Assembly: GCA_041611735.1 (NCBI GenBank)
Contig: JBFIML010000035.1
Span: 1 to 47,352, forward strand
Direction of reading: 5' to 3'
DNA: 47,352 nt
Source of the DNA: Myxococcota bacterium
GTDB taxonomy: Bacteria; Myxococcota_A; UBA9160; PR03
Below the pieces are notes generated by a model. The model was given only the letters and a program-made list of their open reading frames with translations. It did not search any database and had not been told where the DNA came from. A program made the translations under genes and the position numbers. This document shows positions 21,950-31,250 of this stretch, in pieces. Each line of letters starts with the position of its first letter. Position 1 is the first letter of the stretch.

Positions 21950-23596
21950 ATGAAACCTGTAACCGGACTGCTGGCCTTGTGGATCCTCCTGCTCGGTCTC
22001 GCCACCTGTCGCAGCGCACCCTCCCCCGCCACGGCCCACGTGCCCCGGCTGCTCGAGAATCTGGGCGACCACTCCCACCCGATCTCCACGCGGGTTCCCC
22101 TGGCCCAGCGCTACTTCGACCAGGGTCTGGTCCTCACCTACGGCTTCAATCACGAGGGGGCCATCGACGCCTTCCGCGAGGCGGCGCGTCTCGATCCGGA
22201 GTGCGCCATGTGCTTCTGGGGCATCGCCCTGGCCCACGGCCCGAACATCAACGCGCCCATGGGGCCGGACGGAGCCCGCGCCGCCTGGGAGGCGCTCCAG
22301 GCGGCCCGGCGTCTGGCACCGAAGGCGAGCCCGGACGAGCAGGCCTACATCGAGGCGCTCTCGGCCCGCTACGCGAGCGAGCCGGCGGCGGACCGCGCCA
22401 CCCTGGACCGGGCCTTCGCCGACGCCATGCGCGAGCTGCACCGGCGCTTCCCGGAGGACTCGGACGCCGCCACGCTCTTCGCCGAAGCCGTGATGGACCT
22501 CATGCCCTGGGACTACTGGACGCCGGACGGGAAGCCTCGCGTCGGCACCGAGGAGGTCGTGCGCACCCTGGAGGCCGTGCTGGCGCGCGACCCGCAGCAC
22601 CCCGGCGCCAATCACTACCTGATCCACGCCCTCGAGGAACATCAGCCCGAACGGGCGGAGGCCGCTGCCGACCGGCTGGCCAAGATCGCGCCGGACGCCG
22701 GTCACCTGGTGCACATGCCCTCCCACATCTACTGGCGGGTGGGTCGCTACCAGGACGCCACCGAGATCAACGAGCTGGCGGCAGCGGCGGACGTGGCCTA
22801 CTTCGCCTGGTGCCGCTCGCCGGTCTTCTATGCAGCCGCCTACTACAACCACAACGTGCACTTCCTGTGGTCGGCGGCGGCCATGGAAGGCCGCAGCGAC
22901 CTGGCCTTGACCGCCGCGCGGCGGCTGGCGGCGAACATCCCGGCCGCGGAGATCGCGACCTACCCGTGGCTCGAGGACTTCCTGACGGTGCCGGTCTTGA
23001 CGCTGGCGCGCTTCGGCCGCTGGGACCGCATCCTGGGCGAGCCCCGGCCGAGCGAGGCGTTGCCCTACGCCACCGGCATCTGGCACTACACGCGCGGTTT
23101 GGCCCTGACCCGTCAGGGACGCCTGGAGGAGGCCGGGGCGGAGCTGGCCGCGTTCGAGCGCATCGCCCGGGACCCGGCCCTGGACGCCCTCGTCTACGAC
23201 GTGGCCGGCGGCACCGCCGGCCAGCGCCTGCGCGTGGGCTTGCACCATCTACAGGGGGAGCTGCTGGCCGCGCGCGGGGACCGCCCCGCCGCCGTGCGCG
23301 CCCTCGAGGAGGCGGTGCGCGCCCAGGACGCCATGAACTACATCGAGCCGCCGGCCTGGTACTTCCCGGTGCGCCAGGCGCTCGGGGCGGTGCTGCTCGA
23401 CGCGCGCCGGCCCGCCGAGGCGGAGGCCGTCTATCGCGTCGACCTCCAGCACTACCCGCGCAACGGGTGGTCGCTCTTCGGCCTGGAAAAGAGCCTGCGT
23501 GCCCAGGGCAAGCAGGTCGAGGCCAAGATGGCCGCCTCGGGTTTCGCGAACGCCTGGACGCGCGCCGACGTGGAGCTCTCCGCCTCGCGCTTCTGA
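21950..23596 (+). CDS. Exported TPR-repeat protein
   Basis: Signal peptide/lipobox, AQRYFDQGL.LTYGFNH, HPGANHYLIH, AGHLVHMPSHIY and PRNGWSLFGL; AGGAGG RBS. Confidence 0.85.
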   Translation: MKPVTGLLALWILLLGLATCRSAPSPATAHVPRLLENLGDHSHPISTRVPLAQRYFDQGLVLTYGFNHEGAIDAFREAARLDPECAMCFWGIALAHGPNINAPMGPDGARAAWEALQAARRLAPKASPDEQAYIEALSARYASEPAADRATLDRAFADAMRELHRRFPEDSDAATLFAEAVMDLMPWDYWTPDGKPRVGTEEVVRTLEAVLARDPQHPGANHYLIHALEEHQPERAEAAADRLAKIAPDAGHLVHMPSHIYWRVGRYQDATEINELAAAADVAYFAWCRSPVFYAAAYYNHNVHFLWSAAAMEGRSDLALTAARRLAANIPAAEIATYPWLEDFLTVPVLTLARFGRWDRILGEPRPSEALPYATGIWHYTRGLALTRQGRLEEAGAELAAFERIARDPALDALVYDVAGGTAGQRLRVGLHHLQGELLAARGDRPAAVRALEEAVRAQDAMNYIEPPAWYFPVRQALGAVLLDARRPAEAEAVYRVDLQHYPRNGWSLFGLEKSLRAQGKQVEAKMAASGFANAWTRADVELSASRF

Positions 23597-23598
23597 GG

Positions 23599-23616
23599 CG
23601 AGACGCCGGCCGTCTC
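23599..23616. terminator. Short hairpin between convergent genes
   Basis: GAGACG-ccggc-CGTCTC stem between two stop codons; no U-tract. Confidence 0.3.
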
Positions 23617-24292
23617 AGGCGGCGAGCGGAAAGCGGTCACGCAGTGCGTCGAGCACCAGACGCTCGGCGCAGTCCATGCTGAGCGTTCCGGTGTTCACGG
23701 CCAGGTCGTAGAGCAGCGGATCGTCCTGATCCACGCCGAACTGGCGGCGCACGAACTCGCGCCGCTGCTCGTCCTCCTGCTCCAGCTCCTGGGCGGCGTC
23801 TTCCCGGGAGAGCTCCCGCTCCCGGGCCATGCGCTCGATGCGGAATGCGATCGGCGCCACCACCAGCACCCGCAGAGCCTGCTCGGGGGGCAGCACGAAG
23901 GGTGCCCCCCGGCCCAGGAGCACCGCCATGCCCCGCTCGCCGAGGGTGGCGATCGTCCGCACCACGTGTTTCAGGTAGTCGCTCTCCCGGAACGAGCGGC
24001 CGCGGAAGGCGTCGGTCGCGTAGCGGTCAATCGTGCTGCGCATGCGCTCGTCGAGTCCGGTCAGGAGCTGCCGCTGCACGCCCTGCTCGCGCTCGATCTC
24101 GTCGATGATCTCGCGGCCGAAGAGACCATAGTCGAGCCTCTCCGCCACCCGGCGGCCGAGCTCGCCGCCCCCCGACCAGGGCAGGCGGGAGATAGCCACG
24201 CAGGGCTGGTGGGGGCGCGCCTTGCGGGCGCGTTCGCCCATCTCCCAGCGCTTCACCTGCTGGCTGACCAGGATTTCCAGGCTGCGCGGCAC
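23615..24292 (-). CDS. Cytidylate kinase-like family protein
   Basis: ISRLPWSGGGELGRRVAERL, VLLGRGA and YDLAVNT; GTG start with AGGGG RBS. Confidence 0.85.
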   Translation of the reverse strand: MPRSLEILVSQQVKRWEMGERARKARPHQPCVAISRLPWSGGGELGRRVAERLDYGLFGREIIDEIEREQGVQRQLLTGLDERMRSTIDRYATDAFRGRSFRESDYLKHVVRTIATLGERGMAVLLGRGAPFVLPPEQALRVLVVAPIAFRIERMARERELSREDAAQELEQEDEQRREFVRRQFGVDQDDPLLYDLAVNTGTLSMDCAERLVLDALRDRFPLAA

Positions 24293-24416
24293 GAACTCGC
24301 CCCCTGTGGCCGGTGGAGCGGGGAATCTAGCGCCCCGTGCCGATTCCGACAGGAGTCGCACCACCCTTGCAGGAGGTAGGGTCCACGGGTGTATCCTCGC
24401 GCGGGGAGGGATCTCC

Positions 24417-25688
24417 ATGGACTCGACCTCGGCTCCCTCGTCGCGGCGCACGCCCGTTCCCGGACCGCTCGTGCGCGCCGCCCGGCGGGCGGTGCATGCG
24501 GGATTGCGACGCCTGGAGCGGGGCTGCCTCACCCTGGTGGAGGACGGCGTCGAGACGCGCTTCGGCTCGCCCGACGACGCCTCGGGGATCAAGGCCACCG
24601 TCACCATCCACGATCCCCGCTTCCACCTCCTGCTCCTGCGCCACGGATCCCTCGGCGCCGGCGAGGCCTTCATGGACGGCCTGTGGAGCTGTGACGACCT
24701 CGCCTCAACGGTGCGGATCCTGGCGGTGAACGAGCCGGCGCTCGCGCGTCTCGATGGCCTGACGGCCCGGTTGGCGCGGCCGCTGCGACGCGTGCGCCAC
24801 GCGCTGCGGCGCAACAGCCGGCGGGGTAGCCAGCGCAACATTGCCGACCACTACGACCTCGGCAACGAGTTCTTCGCGCTCTTCCTGGATCCCACCCTCA
24901 CGTACTCCTGCGGCATCTTCGAGCGGCCGGACACCTCGCTCGAGGAGGCTTCACGCGCCAAGTACGAGCGCATCTGCCACAAGCTGGCGCTCACGCCGGA
25001 CGATCACGTGCTGGAGATCGGCGGGGGCTGGGGCGGCTTCGCCCTGCACGCCGCCGGCCGCTACGGATGCCGGGTGACGACGACGACGATCTCCCGGGCC
25101 CAGTACGACCTCGCACGCCGGCGCATCGCCGAGGCGGGGCTCGCCGATCGCGTCGAGATCCTGCGGCGCGATTACCGGGATCTCGAAGGCACCTACGACA
25201 AGCTCGTCTCCATCGAGATGATCGAGGCCGTCGGAAAGGAGTACTTCGACGCCTACTTCCGCACGTGTAGCGAACGGCTGCGCCCGGACGGCCTCATGCT
25301 GCTCCAGGCGATCGTCGTGCCCGAGGAGCGCTGGGAGGTCTCCAAGCGCTCGGTGGATTTCATCAAGCGCTACATCTTTCCGGGCGGCTGCCTCATCTCC
25401 GTGGGTGCGATCGCCGCCTCGCTGGGGCGGGTGACGGACTTCCGGATCGTCCACCTGGAGGACCTGAGCGCCCACTACGCGCGCACGCTCGCCCGCTGGC
25501 GGGAGCGCTTCCTGAGTCAACAGGACCGGGTGCGCCAGCTCGGCTTCCCGGAGCGGTTCCTGCGCCTGTGGGAGTTCTACCTGGGGCTCTGCGAGGGGGG
25601 CTTCGCGGAGCGCTACAACGGCGTCGTGCAGATGCTGCTGGCGAAGCGCCTCGATCGCCGCGAGCCGCTCCTCGGCGCGCTGCCCTAG
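24417..25688 (+). CDS. Cyclopropane-fatty-acyl-phospholipid synthase-family SAM methyltransferase
   Basis: NIADHYDLGNEFF, YSCG, LEIGGGWG, SIEMIEAVG, FIKRYIFPGG and WEFYLGLCEGGF. Confidence 0.92.
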   Translation: MDSTSAPSSRRTPVPGPLVRAARRAVHAGLRRLERGCLTLVEDGVETRFGSPDDASGIKATVTIHDPRFHLLLLRHGSLGAGEAFMDGLWSCDDLASTVRILAVNEPALARLDGLTARLARPLRRVRHALRRNSRRGSQRNIADHYDLGNEFFALFLDPTLTYSCGIFERPDTSLEEASRAKYERICHKLALTPDDHVLEIGGGWGGFALHAAGRYGCRVTTTTISRAQYDLARRRIAEAGLADRVEILRRDYRDLEGTYDKLVSIEMIEAVGKEYFDAYFRTCSERLRPDGLMLLQAIVVPEERWEVSKRSVDFIKRYIFPGGCLISVGAIAASLGRVTDFRIVHLEDLSAHYARTLARWRERFLSQQDRVRQLGFPERFLRLWEFYLGLCEGGFAERYNGVVQMLLAKRLDRREPLLGALP

Positions 25689-26119
25689 ACGAGACTCGCT
25701 CCGAACGGCGGCTGCGCGGTCAGCAGCACCCGCTCCTCGTATTCCATGTCCTGGCGCACGTAGGCCACGAAGTTCTGCAGCTCCCGGGCGATCAGCACCG
25801 TGGGAGTCTTGGTGTTCTCGAGCCGGCCCAGGAGATAGTGGAGCAGCTCGCGCTGCTCCTCGTGCTCTCCGGCGAGCCGGCGGGCCAGGCGCGGGCCCTC
25901 GCCTCCAGCAGTGCGCAGGGCCGCACCGAGGGCGACCTCTTCGTCCTCCAGATGCGCCCCGAACTCCCCGTAGAGGGCCAGGGCGCGCTCGCGCAGCGCC
26001 GCTCCGACCTCCGCGTCGCCCGCCTCGAAGCGCTTGGCCAGGGCCTCGATCTCCGCGAGCTGCTCGCGCAGGGCGGCGTGCTGTCCGAGCACCCGGCGCC
26101 GGACGTCCTCCCAGGCCAA
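25685..26119 (-). CDS. Hemerythrin-like domain protein
   Basis: QH...HLEDEE...EHEEQ...DMEYEE four-helix pattern; TTG start with GGAGGGG RBS. Confidence 0.75.
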   Translation of the reverse strand: MAWEDVRRRVLGQHAALREQLAEIEALAKRFEAGDAEVGAALRERALALYGEFGAHLEDEEVALGAALRTAGGEGPRLARRLAGEHEEQRELLHYLLGRLENTKTPTVLIARELQNFVAYVRQDMEYEERVLLTAQPPFGASLV

Positions 26120-26296
26120 CGTCCCCTCCCGAGCGCGAGTCTAGCCCAACGCCCCGGGCAGGCCCCGACACGCCGACACACGTGGGCTTGCGAAGGGTAT
26201 GCTTCGCTGCGGACGGAGTGACTGGCGTGAAGCGGCTGGACGCGGGTCGGGGGTCGGCGCCGGCCACGACGCCCGAGGCGCCGCCCCGGAGGACCC

Positions 26297-27247
26297 GTGC
26301 CGAATCCCTTCCGCTTCGGTCTACAGCTCCAGACCCCGACCCGCGAGGGCTGGGTCGAGGAGGTCCGCCACGCCGAGGCCCTCGGCTACTCGACCCTCTT
26401 CTGGCCGGATCACTTCACGAGCCAGTGGGATCCCACCACGGCCCTGGCCGCTGTGGCAGCGGTGACCGAGCGCGTGAACGTCGGCACCCTGGTCTACGAC
26501 GTGGACTACCGCCACCCGGTGATCCTGGCCAAGGCCTCGGCCACCCTGCACCTGCTCTCCGACGGACGGCACGAGTTCGGAATCGGCGCCGGCTGGATGC
26601 AGGCCGACTACGATCAGGCGGGGCTTTCCTACGACCGGCCGGGGCTGCGCATCGAACGCCTGGACGAAGCGCTCCAGATCATCCGCTCCATGTGGTCGCG
26701 AGAGAAGACGAGCTTCGCGGGCCGCCACTACCGGGTGCAGGACATCGCCCAGGCGGCTCCGCTCTCGAACGGTGAACGGCCGCGCATCCTGATCGGCGGC
26801 GGCGGGCGGCGTATCCTGCGCCTGGCGGGCCGCCACGCCGACATCGTGGGCGTGAACGCGCGCATGCACGAGGGTCGCGTGACGGCCGAGACGGCCGCCG
26901 ACCTCGCGCCGGAACGGGTGCGGGAGAAGGTGGGCTGGGTGCACGAGGGTGCCGAGGGCGCGGGACGTCGCGCCGACGCCCTCGAGCTCAACGTGCTGGT
27001 CTTCGTCGTGGCCATCACCGACGACCCGAAGGGGGTGCGCGGCGCCCTGGCCCGCAACACCGGGATGAGTGAAGCGCAGGTGGCAGGCTGCCCGATCTTC
27101 CTGACCGGCCCCGGGGCCGAGATCCGCGAGCGCCTGGAGAAGCAGCGCGAGTCGACGGGGATCAGCTACGTGGTGATCCAGGGCGGTGACCGCGAACGGG
27201 TGGAGCGCTTCGCCGAGGAGGTGGTCGGCCCGCTCGCGGGGCGCTGA
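26297..27247 (+). CDS. LLM-class (putative F420-dependent) oxidoreductase
   Basis: AEALGYSTLFWPDH, YRHPVILAK, LSDGR, GIGAGW and ILIGGGG; GGAGG RBS. Confidence 0.9.
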   Translation: MPNPFRFGLQLQTPTREGWVEEVRHAEALGYSTLFWPDHFTSQWDPTTALAAVAAVTERVNVGTLVYDVDYRHPVILAKASATLHLLSDGRHEFGIGAGWMQADYDQAGLSYDRPGLRIERLDEALQIIRSMWSREKTSFAGRHYRVQDIAQAAPLSNGERPRILIGGGGRRILRLAGRHADIVGVNARMHEGRVTAETAADLAPERVREKVGWVHEGAEGAGRRADALELNVLVFVVAITDDPKGVRGALARNTGMSEAQVAGCPIFLTGPGAEIRERLEKQRESTGISYVVIQGGDRERVERFAEEVVGPLAGR

Positions 27248-27275
27248 GGCCGCCGGACGGGGTATGCTGGCTCCC

Positions 27276-28499
27276 GTGCCCCTCACCATCCGCGACGCCG
27301 AGCTATTCGGGGTGACGGAGTCGAGCGCCACGCTCAGCTTCGTGGTGGCCGACCCCTCGGGCCCCGTGGACGTCCCGGCCCGCGTACGCCTGAACGGAGA
27401 GGTCCGGGCCCGCAGCGAGGGTCCGGCGGGCACCCGCTGGGTGCGCCTGGAGGGTCTCGCGCCGGCCACGCGCCATGCGCTCCAGATCGAGGCGCCGGGC
27501 GCCGCGCCCTGCACCACCGACCGCTTCCTTCCCGAGGCGTTCACCACGCTCCCGGCGCCGACGGCAGAGCCGACGGCCCGCCTGGCCACGCTGAACGACC
27601 TCCACTTCGGCGAGCCGCGCTTCGGAGGGACCCTGCTCGAGGACGGCGGCTACGGCCCCGAGGCGCCGGGCTTCCCAGCCATCCACGCCCACGACACGGA
27701 CGTGCCCTACTGGCGCTTCATGAACGAGGATGCCATCGAGGCGATCAACGCCGACGACGTGGACTGCGTGGTGATCAAGGGCGACATCGCGGACCGCGGG
27801 CGTGCCGATCAGTTCGAGGCAGCCCGCGACGCCTTCGCGCGCTTCACGGCGCCCCATCACGCCTTCCTGGGCAATCACGACCACTACGCAAGGCTCGAGG
27901 GCGAGGACGTGGACGGCTATGGGCTGCTGGGCCAGCCGCCCGCTCCGCGCGGCATCGATCTCGGAGGCTGGCGTCTCTTGCTGCTCGACACGGTCCTGCC
28001 CGGGGAACATCACGGCGTCCTGCCTCGCCAGCGGCTCGAGTGGCTCGAAGACGCCCTCGCCGAGACGCGCGACCTCCGCATGCCGACCCTGGTCTTCATG
28101 CACCATCAGCCGGTGCCGCCCCGCTTCCGCGATCGCTATCCCAATACGATCGGTCTGGAACCGGAGCACTCGTTGCGTCTGTTTCGGGTGATCGGCCGAA
28201 ACCCGCAGGTACGGGGCGTCCTGATCGGGCACACCCATCGCAACCGGGTGCGACGCCACGCCGCGGCAGGCGAGGCGCCCTTCGTGGAGGTGGCCTGCAC
28301 CAAGGACTACCCGGGGGTGTGGGCGCACTACCGGCTCTTCGCGGACGGGAGTTTCCGGCAGGAGGTTCGCCGCACGGCGAGCCAGCGGGCGCTCACCCAT
28401 TCGACGCGCTGCCGCGACTTCTTCAACGGCTTCTACCGCTTCTTCGCCCTGGGTCCGCTCGAAGCGCGTAGCTTCGCGACGGCCCCGATGGAGCGTTGA
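27276..28499 (+). CDS. Metallophosphoesterase (Icc/CpdA-like) with N-terminal FN3-like domain
   Basis: NDLH, KGD, GNHD, MHH and GHTH motifs; start is GTG 27276 or ATG 27264. Confidence 0.85.
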   Translation: MPLTIRDAELFGVTESSATLSFVVADPSGPVDVPARVRLNGEVRARSEGPAGTRWVRLEGLAPATRHALQIEAPGAAPCTTDRFLPEAFTTLPAPTAEPTARLATLNDLHFGEPRFGGTLLEDGGYGPEAPGFPAIHAHDTDVPYWRFMNEDAIEAINADDVDCVVIKGDIADRGRADQFEAARDAFARFTAPHHAFLGNHDHYARLEGEDVDGYGLLGQPPAPRGIDLGGWRLLLLDTVLPGEHHGVLPRQRLEWLEDALAETRDLRMPTLVFMHHQPVPPRFRDRYPNTIGLEPEHSLRLFRVIGRNPQVRGVLIGHTHRNRVRRHAAAGEAPFVEVACTKDYPGVWAHYRLFADGSFRQEVRRTASQRALTHSTRCRDFFNGFYRFFALGPLEARSFATAPMER

Positions 28500-28505
28500 C
28501 GGGCT

Positions 28506-28922
28506 TCAGCGCCCGGGGCCGCCCCGCACCCCGTTTCGAAGCTGGGAGCCTCCGGCCGAAGTCTTGCCGCCCGGCGTGCCCTGGCGTCGGGTCGCCTGGA
28601 GAGCCGGGCTGTGGGAGAAGGAGGAGACCGAGCGCCGGAACGGCGAGCCGCACGACGTACAGCTCTGCCAGGGGCGCTGGGTCCAGGCGGGAAGCGAGCT
28701 CGGGATCTCGGTCCGGACCGGCCCCGGGGAGCTCGCAATGGCCTGGTAGCGATCCGCGCCCTCGATGCTCGGCCGTCGGCTCGGTGCGTCGAGCAGGCTG
28801 CGGTAGCGGCTCTGCATGTGGGCGCCGTCCCAGTCGTCGCCGGAGGCTGCCGCCGCGCCTTCCGGCGCCAGGACCAGCAGGAGGACCAGGCCCGCAACCA
28901 CCGACCCGCCAGTGCTCCGCAT
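28506..28922 (-). CDS. Small hypothetical secreted protein
   Basis: GGAGGTG RBS, clear signal peptide and a CTSC motif; it fills the gap between flanking genes. Confidence 0.55.
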   Translation of the reverse strand: MRSTGGSVVAGLVLLLVLAPEGAAAASGDDWDGAHMQSRYRSLLDAPSRRPSIEGADRYQAIASSPGPVRTEIPSSLPAWTQRPWQSCTSCGSPFRRSVSSFSHSPALQATRRQGTPGGKTSAGGSQLRNGVRGGPGR

Positions 28923-29003
28923 GCCTGCACCTCCCGCCCGCGGCGCTCGCGCGCGGGCCTTCCCCTCGGTGGGTGTCCGACGGGCGGGACCAGGTGACGG
29001 GGC

Positions 29004-29921
29004 TCAGAAGAAGAGGCTGCGGCGCGCGCGCCGCCCGCGGTCCAGGAGATCCGCCACGGCCCGCTTCACCGCCCGGACCTTCGCCTCCACCACCGCATCC
29101 TCCTCGTTGGGCTCGCCTTCGAAGTGAAGCGGTGCCCCGAAATGGATGTGGTACTTGACCGGCAACGCCAGCGCGATGCCAAGGGGCCCGAGCCACGGAA
29201 AGGTGACCGTGATGGGCAGCGAGGGCAGACCGAGGCTCCGGGCCACACCCTTCAGGTTCGCCAGGCCGGGCTGCTGCTCCTCGGAGCCCACGATGCCGAC
29301 GGGCACCACGGGCGCCCGGGTCTCCAGGGCGATGCGCAGGAAGCCCATACCGAAGGGCTGCAGCCGGTAGCGCTGGCGGAACGGCTTGTTCGCGCCGTCC
29401 GCCCCTTCGGGAAAGACCATCACGCACTCCCCGGCCTCGAGCATCTCGACGCAGTTCTCGGGCGTGCCCACCACCGTCCCGGTGCGCGACAGGGTGGTCC
29501 CCACACCGGGCACGTGCCAGAGCGCGTACTCGCTCATCCCCCGGCAGATGCGCGGCGGCTCCGCGTCGAGGACCAGGGCGAGGGCGAGCATGATGCCGTC
29601 GTAGCCCACCTGACCGGCATGGTTGGCAACCAGCAGGACCCCGCCCGGCGGGACCTGCTCGATCCCGTGGGTCTCGACCCGGAACCAGTAGCGGTAGGCC
29701 AGGCCGGCCAGCAGCAGCCAGGGGCGGGCGGCCTCCGGGTGGAAGCCGTAGGGGTCGTAGCCGTACTCGTTCAGACGCAAGGGAGTCTCGTGCAGGCGCT
29801 CCCGGATCTCCGCCTCCAGCGCTCCGACGCCGGGCAGGAGCCCCCGGGCGCCCTCGAAGAGCTTGCGTCCGAGGCCCGGAAGGTCCGCCGGCCGGGTGCG
29901 CGCGGGTCGCACGGCGCTCAC
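29004..29921 (-). CDS. Lysophospholipid/glycerol acyltransferase (PlsC family)
   Basis: GYDPYG, LVANHAG...DG (HX4-5D), VFPEG and PVVPVGIVGSEE. Confidence 0.9.
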   Translation of the reverse strand: MSAVRPARTRPADLPGLGRKLFEGARGLLPGVGALEAEIRERLHETPLRLNEYGYDPYGFHPEAARPWLLLAGLAYRYWFRVETHGIEQVPPGGVLLVANHAGQVGYDGIMLALALVLDAEPPRICRGMSEYALWHVPGVGTTLSRTGTVVGTPENCVEMLEAGECVMVFPEGADGANKPFRQRYRLQPFGMGFLRIALETRAPVVPVGIVGSEEQQPGLANLKGVARSLGLPSLPITVTFPWLGPLGIALALPVKYHIHFGAPLHFEGEPNEEDAVVEAKVRAVKRAVADLLDRGRRARRSLFF

Positions 29922-30068
29922 CGGACCGCCAGCACCGGGCGGGCGAGCTCGCTCACGGGAGCCTCGGCACCGGCGGGGAGCACCACGTCCTCCCAGGTTC
30001 GACGGGCTACAGCATCGGGCGTCCCGACCGGTCCGCGCAAGCCCCGGTGCTCGCCGTAGCCGCTCGGT

Positions 30069-31250
30069 TCACGTCTCCCGCGGGAGGCCGGCGCGCCGCT
30101 TCCGCTTCCCGAGCAGGTTCAGCTTGAAACGCCGCACCGTCTCGGCCTCGATCACGGAGGCATCCGGAGCGCGGAACGAGAGCGCATCGAAGGGGCACTG
30201 GACGATGCAGGCGCCACACTGGACGCAGGCTCCGGCGCGCGGGAGGGTGGCGCGCCGCCGCGCGACGTCCATCTCGAACACCCGGGTGGGACAGACCTGC
30301 TCGCAGAAGCCCGCGCCCCGGCAGCGCTCCTCGTCGAGCGCGATGGCGAGCAGGCGATCCTCGTGGAGCCCGCTCTTGTAGGTCGGCGTGCTGCCCGCGA
30401 GGTCGAGGCTCAGGATCCCCAGCACCGCGAGCGAGGCGAGCCCCCAGCCCAGCACGAAGCTCCCCCCGAGATCCTCGCGGACGGCCACCAGCCCCAGCAG
30501 GACCGCCAGGAAGGCCCCCCACAGCAGGAGCGCCACCCCGTGGCGACCGAAGTCGAAGAAGACGCAGCCGACCCGCCTCCCCGTCCTGCGTAGCCGGGAC
30601 TCGTAGAGCGGAAACGCCAGGAACAGGGCGAGCGAGAGGACCCACACCAGCGCCGCCAGCCGGAGGACGCCCCAGCCGAGGAACGGCGCCGCCAGCAGGA
30701 CGCCCAGCAGGGAGATCGGGAAGGCCCATGCCACGGCCATCTCGAGCCGCTGGGGCCAGGGAAAACTCACGCGGCGCATCTCCACATCCGCCTCGAGCCC
30801 CCGGGCCAGGAACGCCGGGACGTCGTCGGCCCGGACCGGCCCCCAGACGACGCGCCAACCGGTCCGCCGGTGCACCCCCCGCCCGTCCACGCCCGTCGCG
30901 GCGAGCTGGGGAAGGATCACCCGGCGATGATCCACCCGGTGGGCAATCCCGCTGGTCTTGAGGGCGGAGATCACGTCGTGGTCCGTCAACAAGCCCCCCG
31001 TCGCGGCGCACCAGACGTTCACGCCCCGGCTGTTCGCCACCAGCAGGTAGGCGTCCAGACCACGCCAGCTGCGTCGCACGCGCTCCACGGTCAGCCGGAA
31101 GTTGCCGGTGAGGAGCACCGGGGCGCCGCGACCCGGATTGCCGAGGACCACGAGGCCCGTACGGCACGGGAACGGCAGCATGCGGAGCAGCGTCTGCACC
31201 ACCGTGACCCGGAGGAAGCCGAGCCACGCGCGAACTTCGGCAACGGTCAT
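30069..31250 (-). CDS. HgcAB-like fusion protein (CdhD-type corrinoid domain + TM helices + ferredoxin)
   Basis: GNP...PVLLTGNF.LT, GVNVWCAATGG, LPQLAATGV and WGPVRA; four or five hydrophobic helices; C-terminal CRGAGFCEQVCP and CVQCGACIVQCP. Confidence 0.9.
   Translation of the reverse strand: MTVAEVRAWLGFLRVTVVQTLLRMLPFPCRTGLVVLGNPGRGAPVLLTGNFRLTVERVRRSWRGLDAYLLVANSRGVNVWCAATGGLLTDHDVISALKTSGIAHRVDHRRVILPQLAATGVDGRGVHRRTGWRVVWGPVRADDVPAFLARGLEADVEMRRVSFPWPQRLEMAVAWAFPISLLGVLLAAPFLGWGVLRLAALVWVLSLALFLAFPLYESRLRRTGRRVGCVFFDFGRHGVALLLWGAFLAVLLGLVAVREDLGGSFVLGWGLASLAVLGILSLDLAGSTPTYKSGLHEDRLLAIALDEERCRGAGFCEQVCPTRVFEMDVARRRATLPRAGACVQCGACIVQCPFDALSFRAPDASVIEAETVRRFKLNLLGKRKRRAGLPRET

Noticed and set aside
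20290-23682. 1130-aa ORF
   Set aside because: Off-frame shadow of the DUF748 and TPR genes.
26120-26296. Intergenic region with a gcgaag/cttcgc hairpin as a riboswitch or ncRNA
   Set aside because: No recognisable family motif; explained by divergent promoters (TAGACT, TATGCT).
30069-31250. Calling this a bona fide mercury methylase (hgcA/hgcB)
   Set aside because: It is fused, the cap helix ends TGG rather than GK, one Fe-S Cys is missing and there are no terminal Cys residues.
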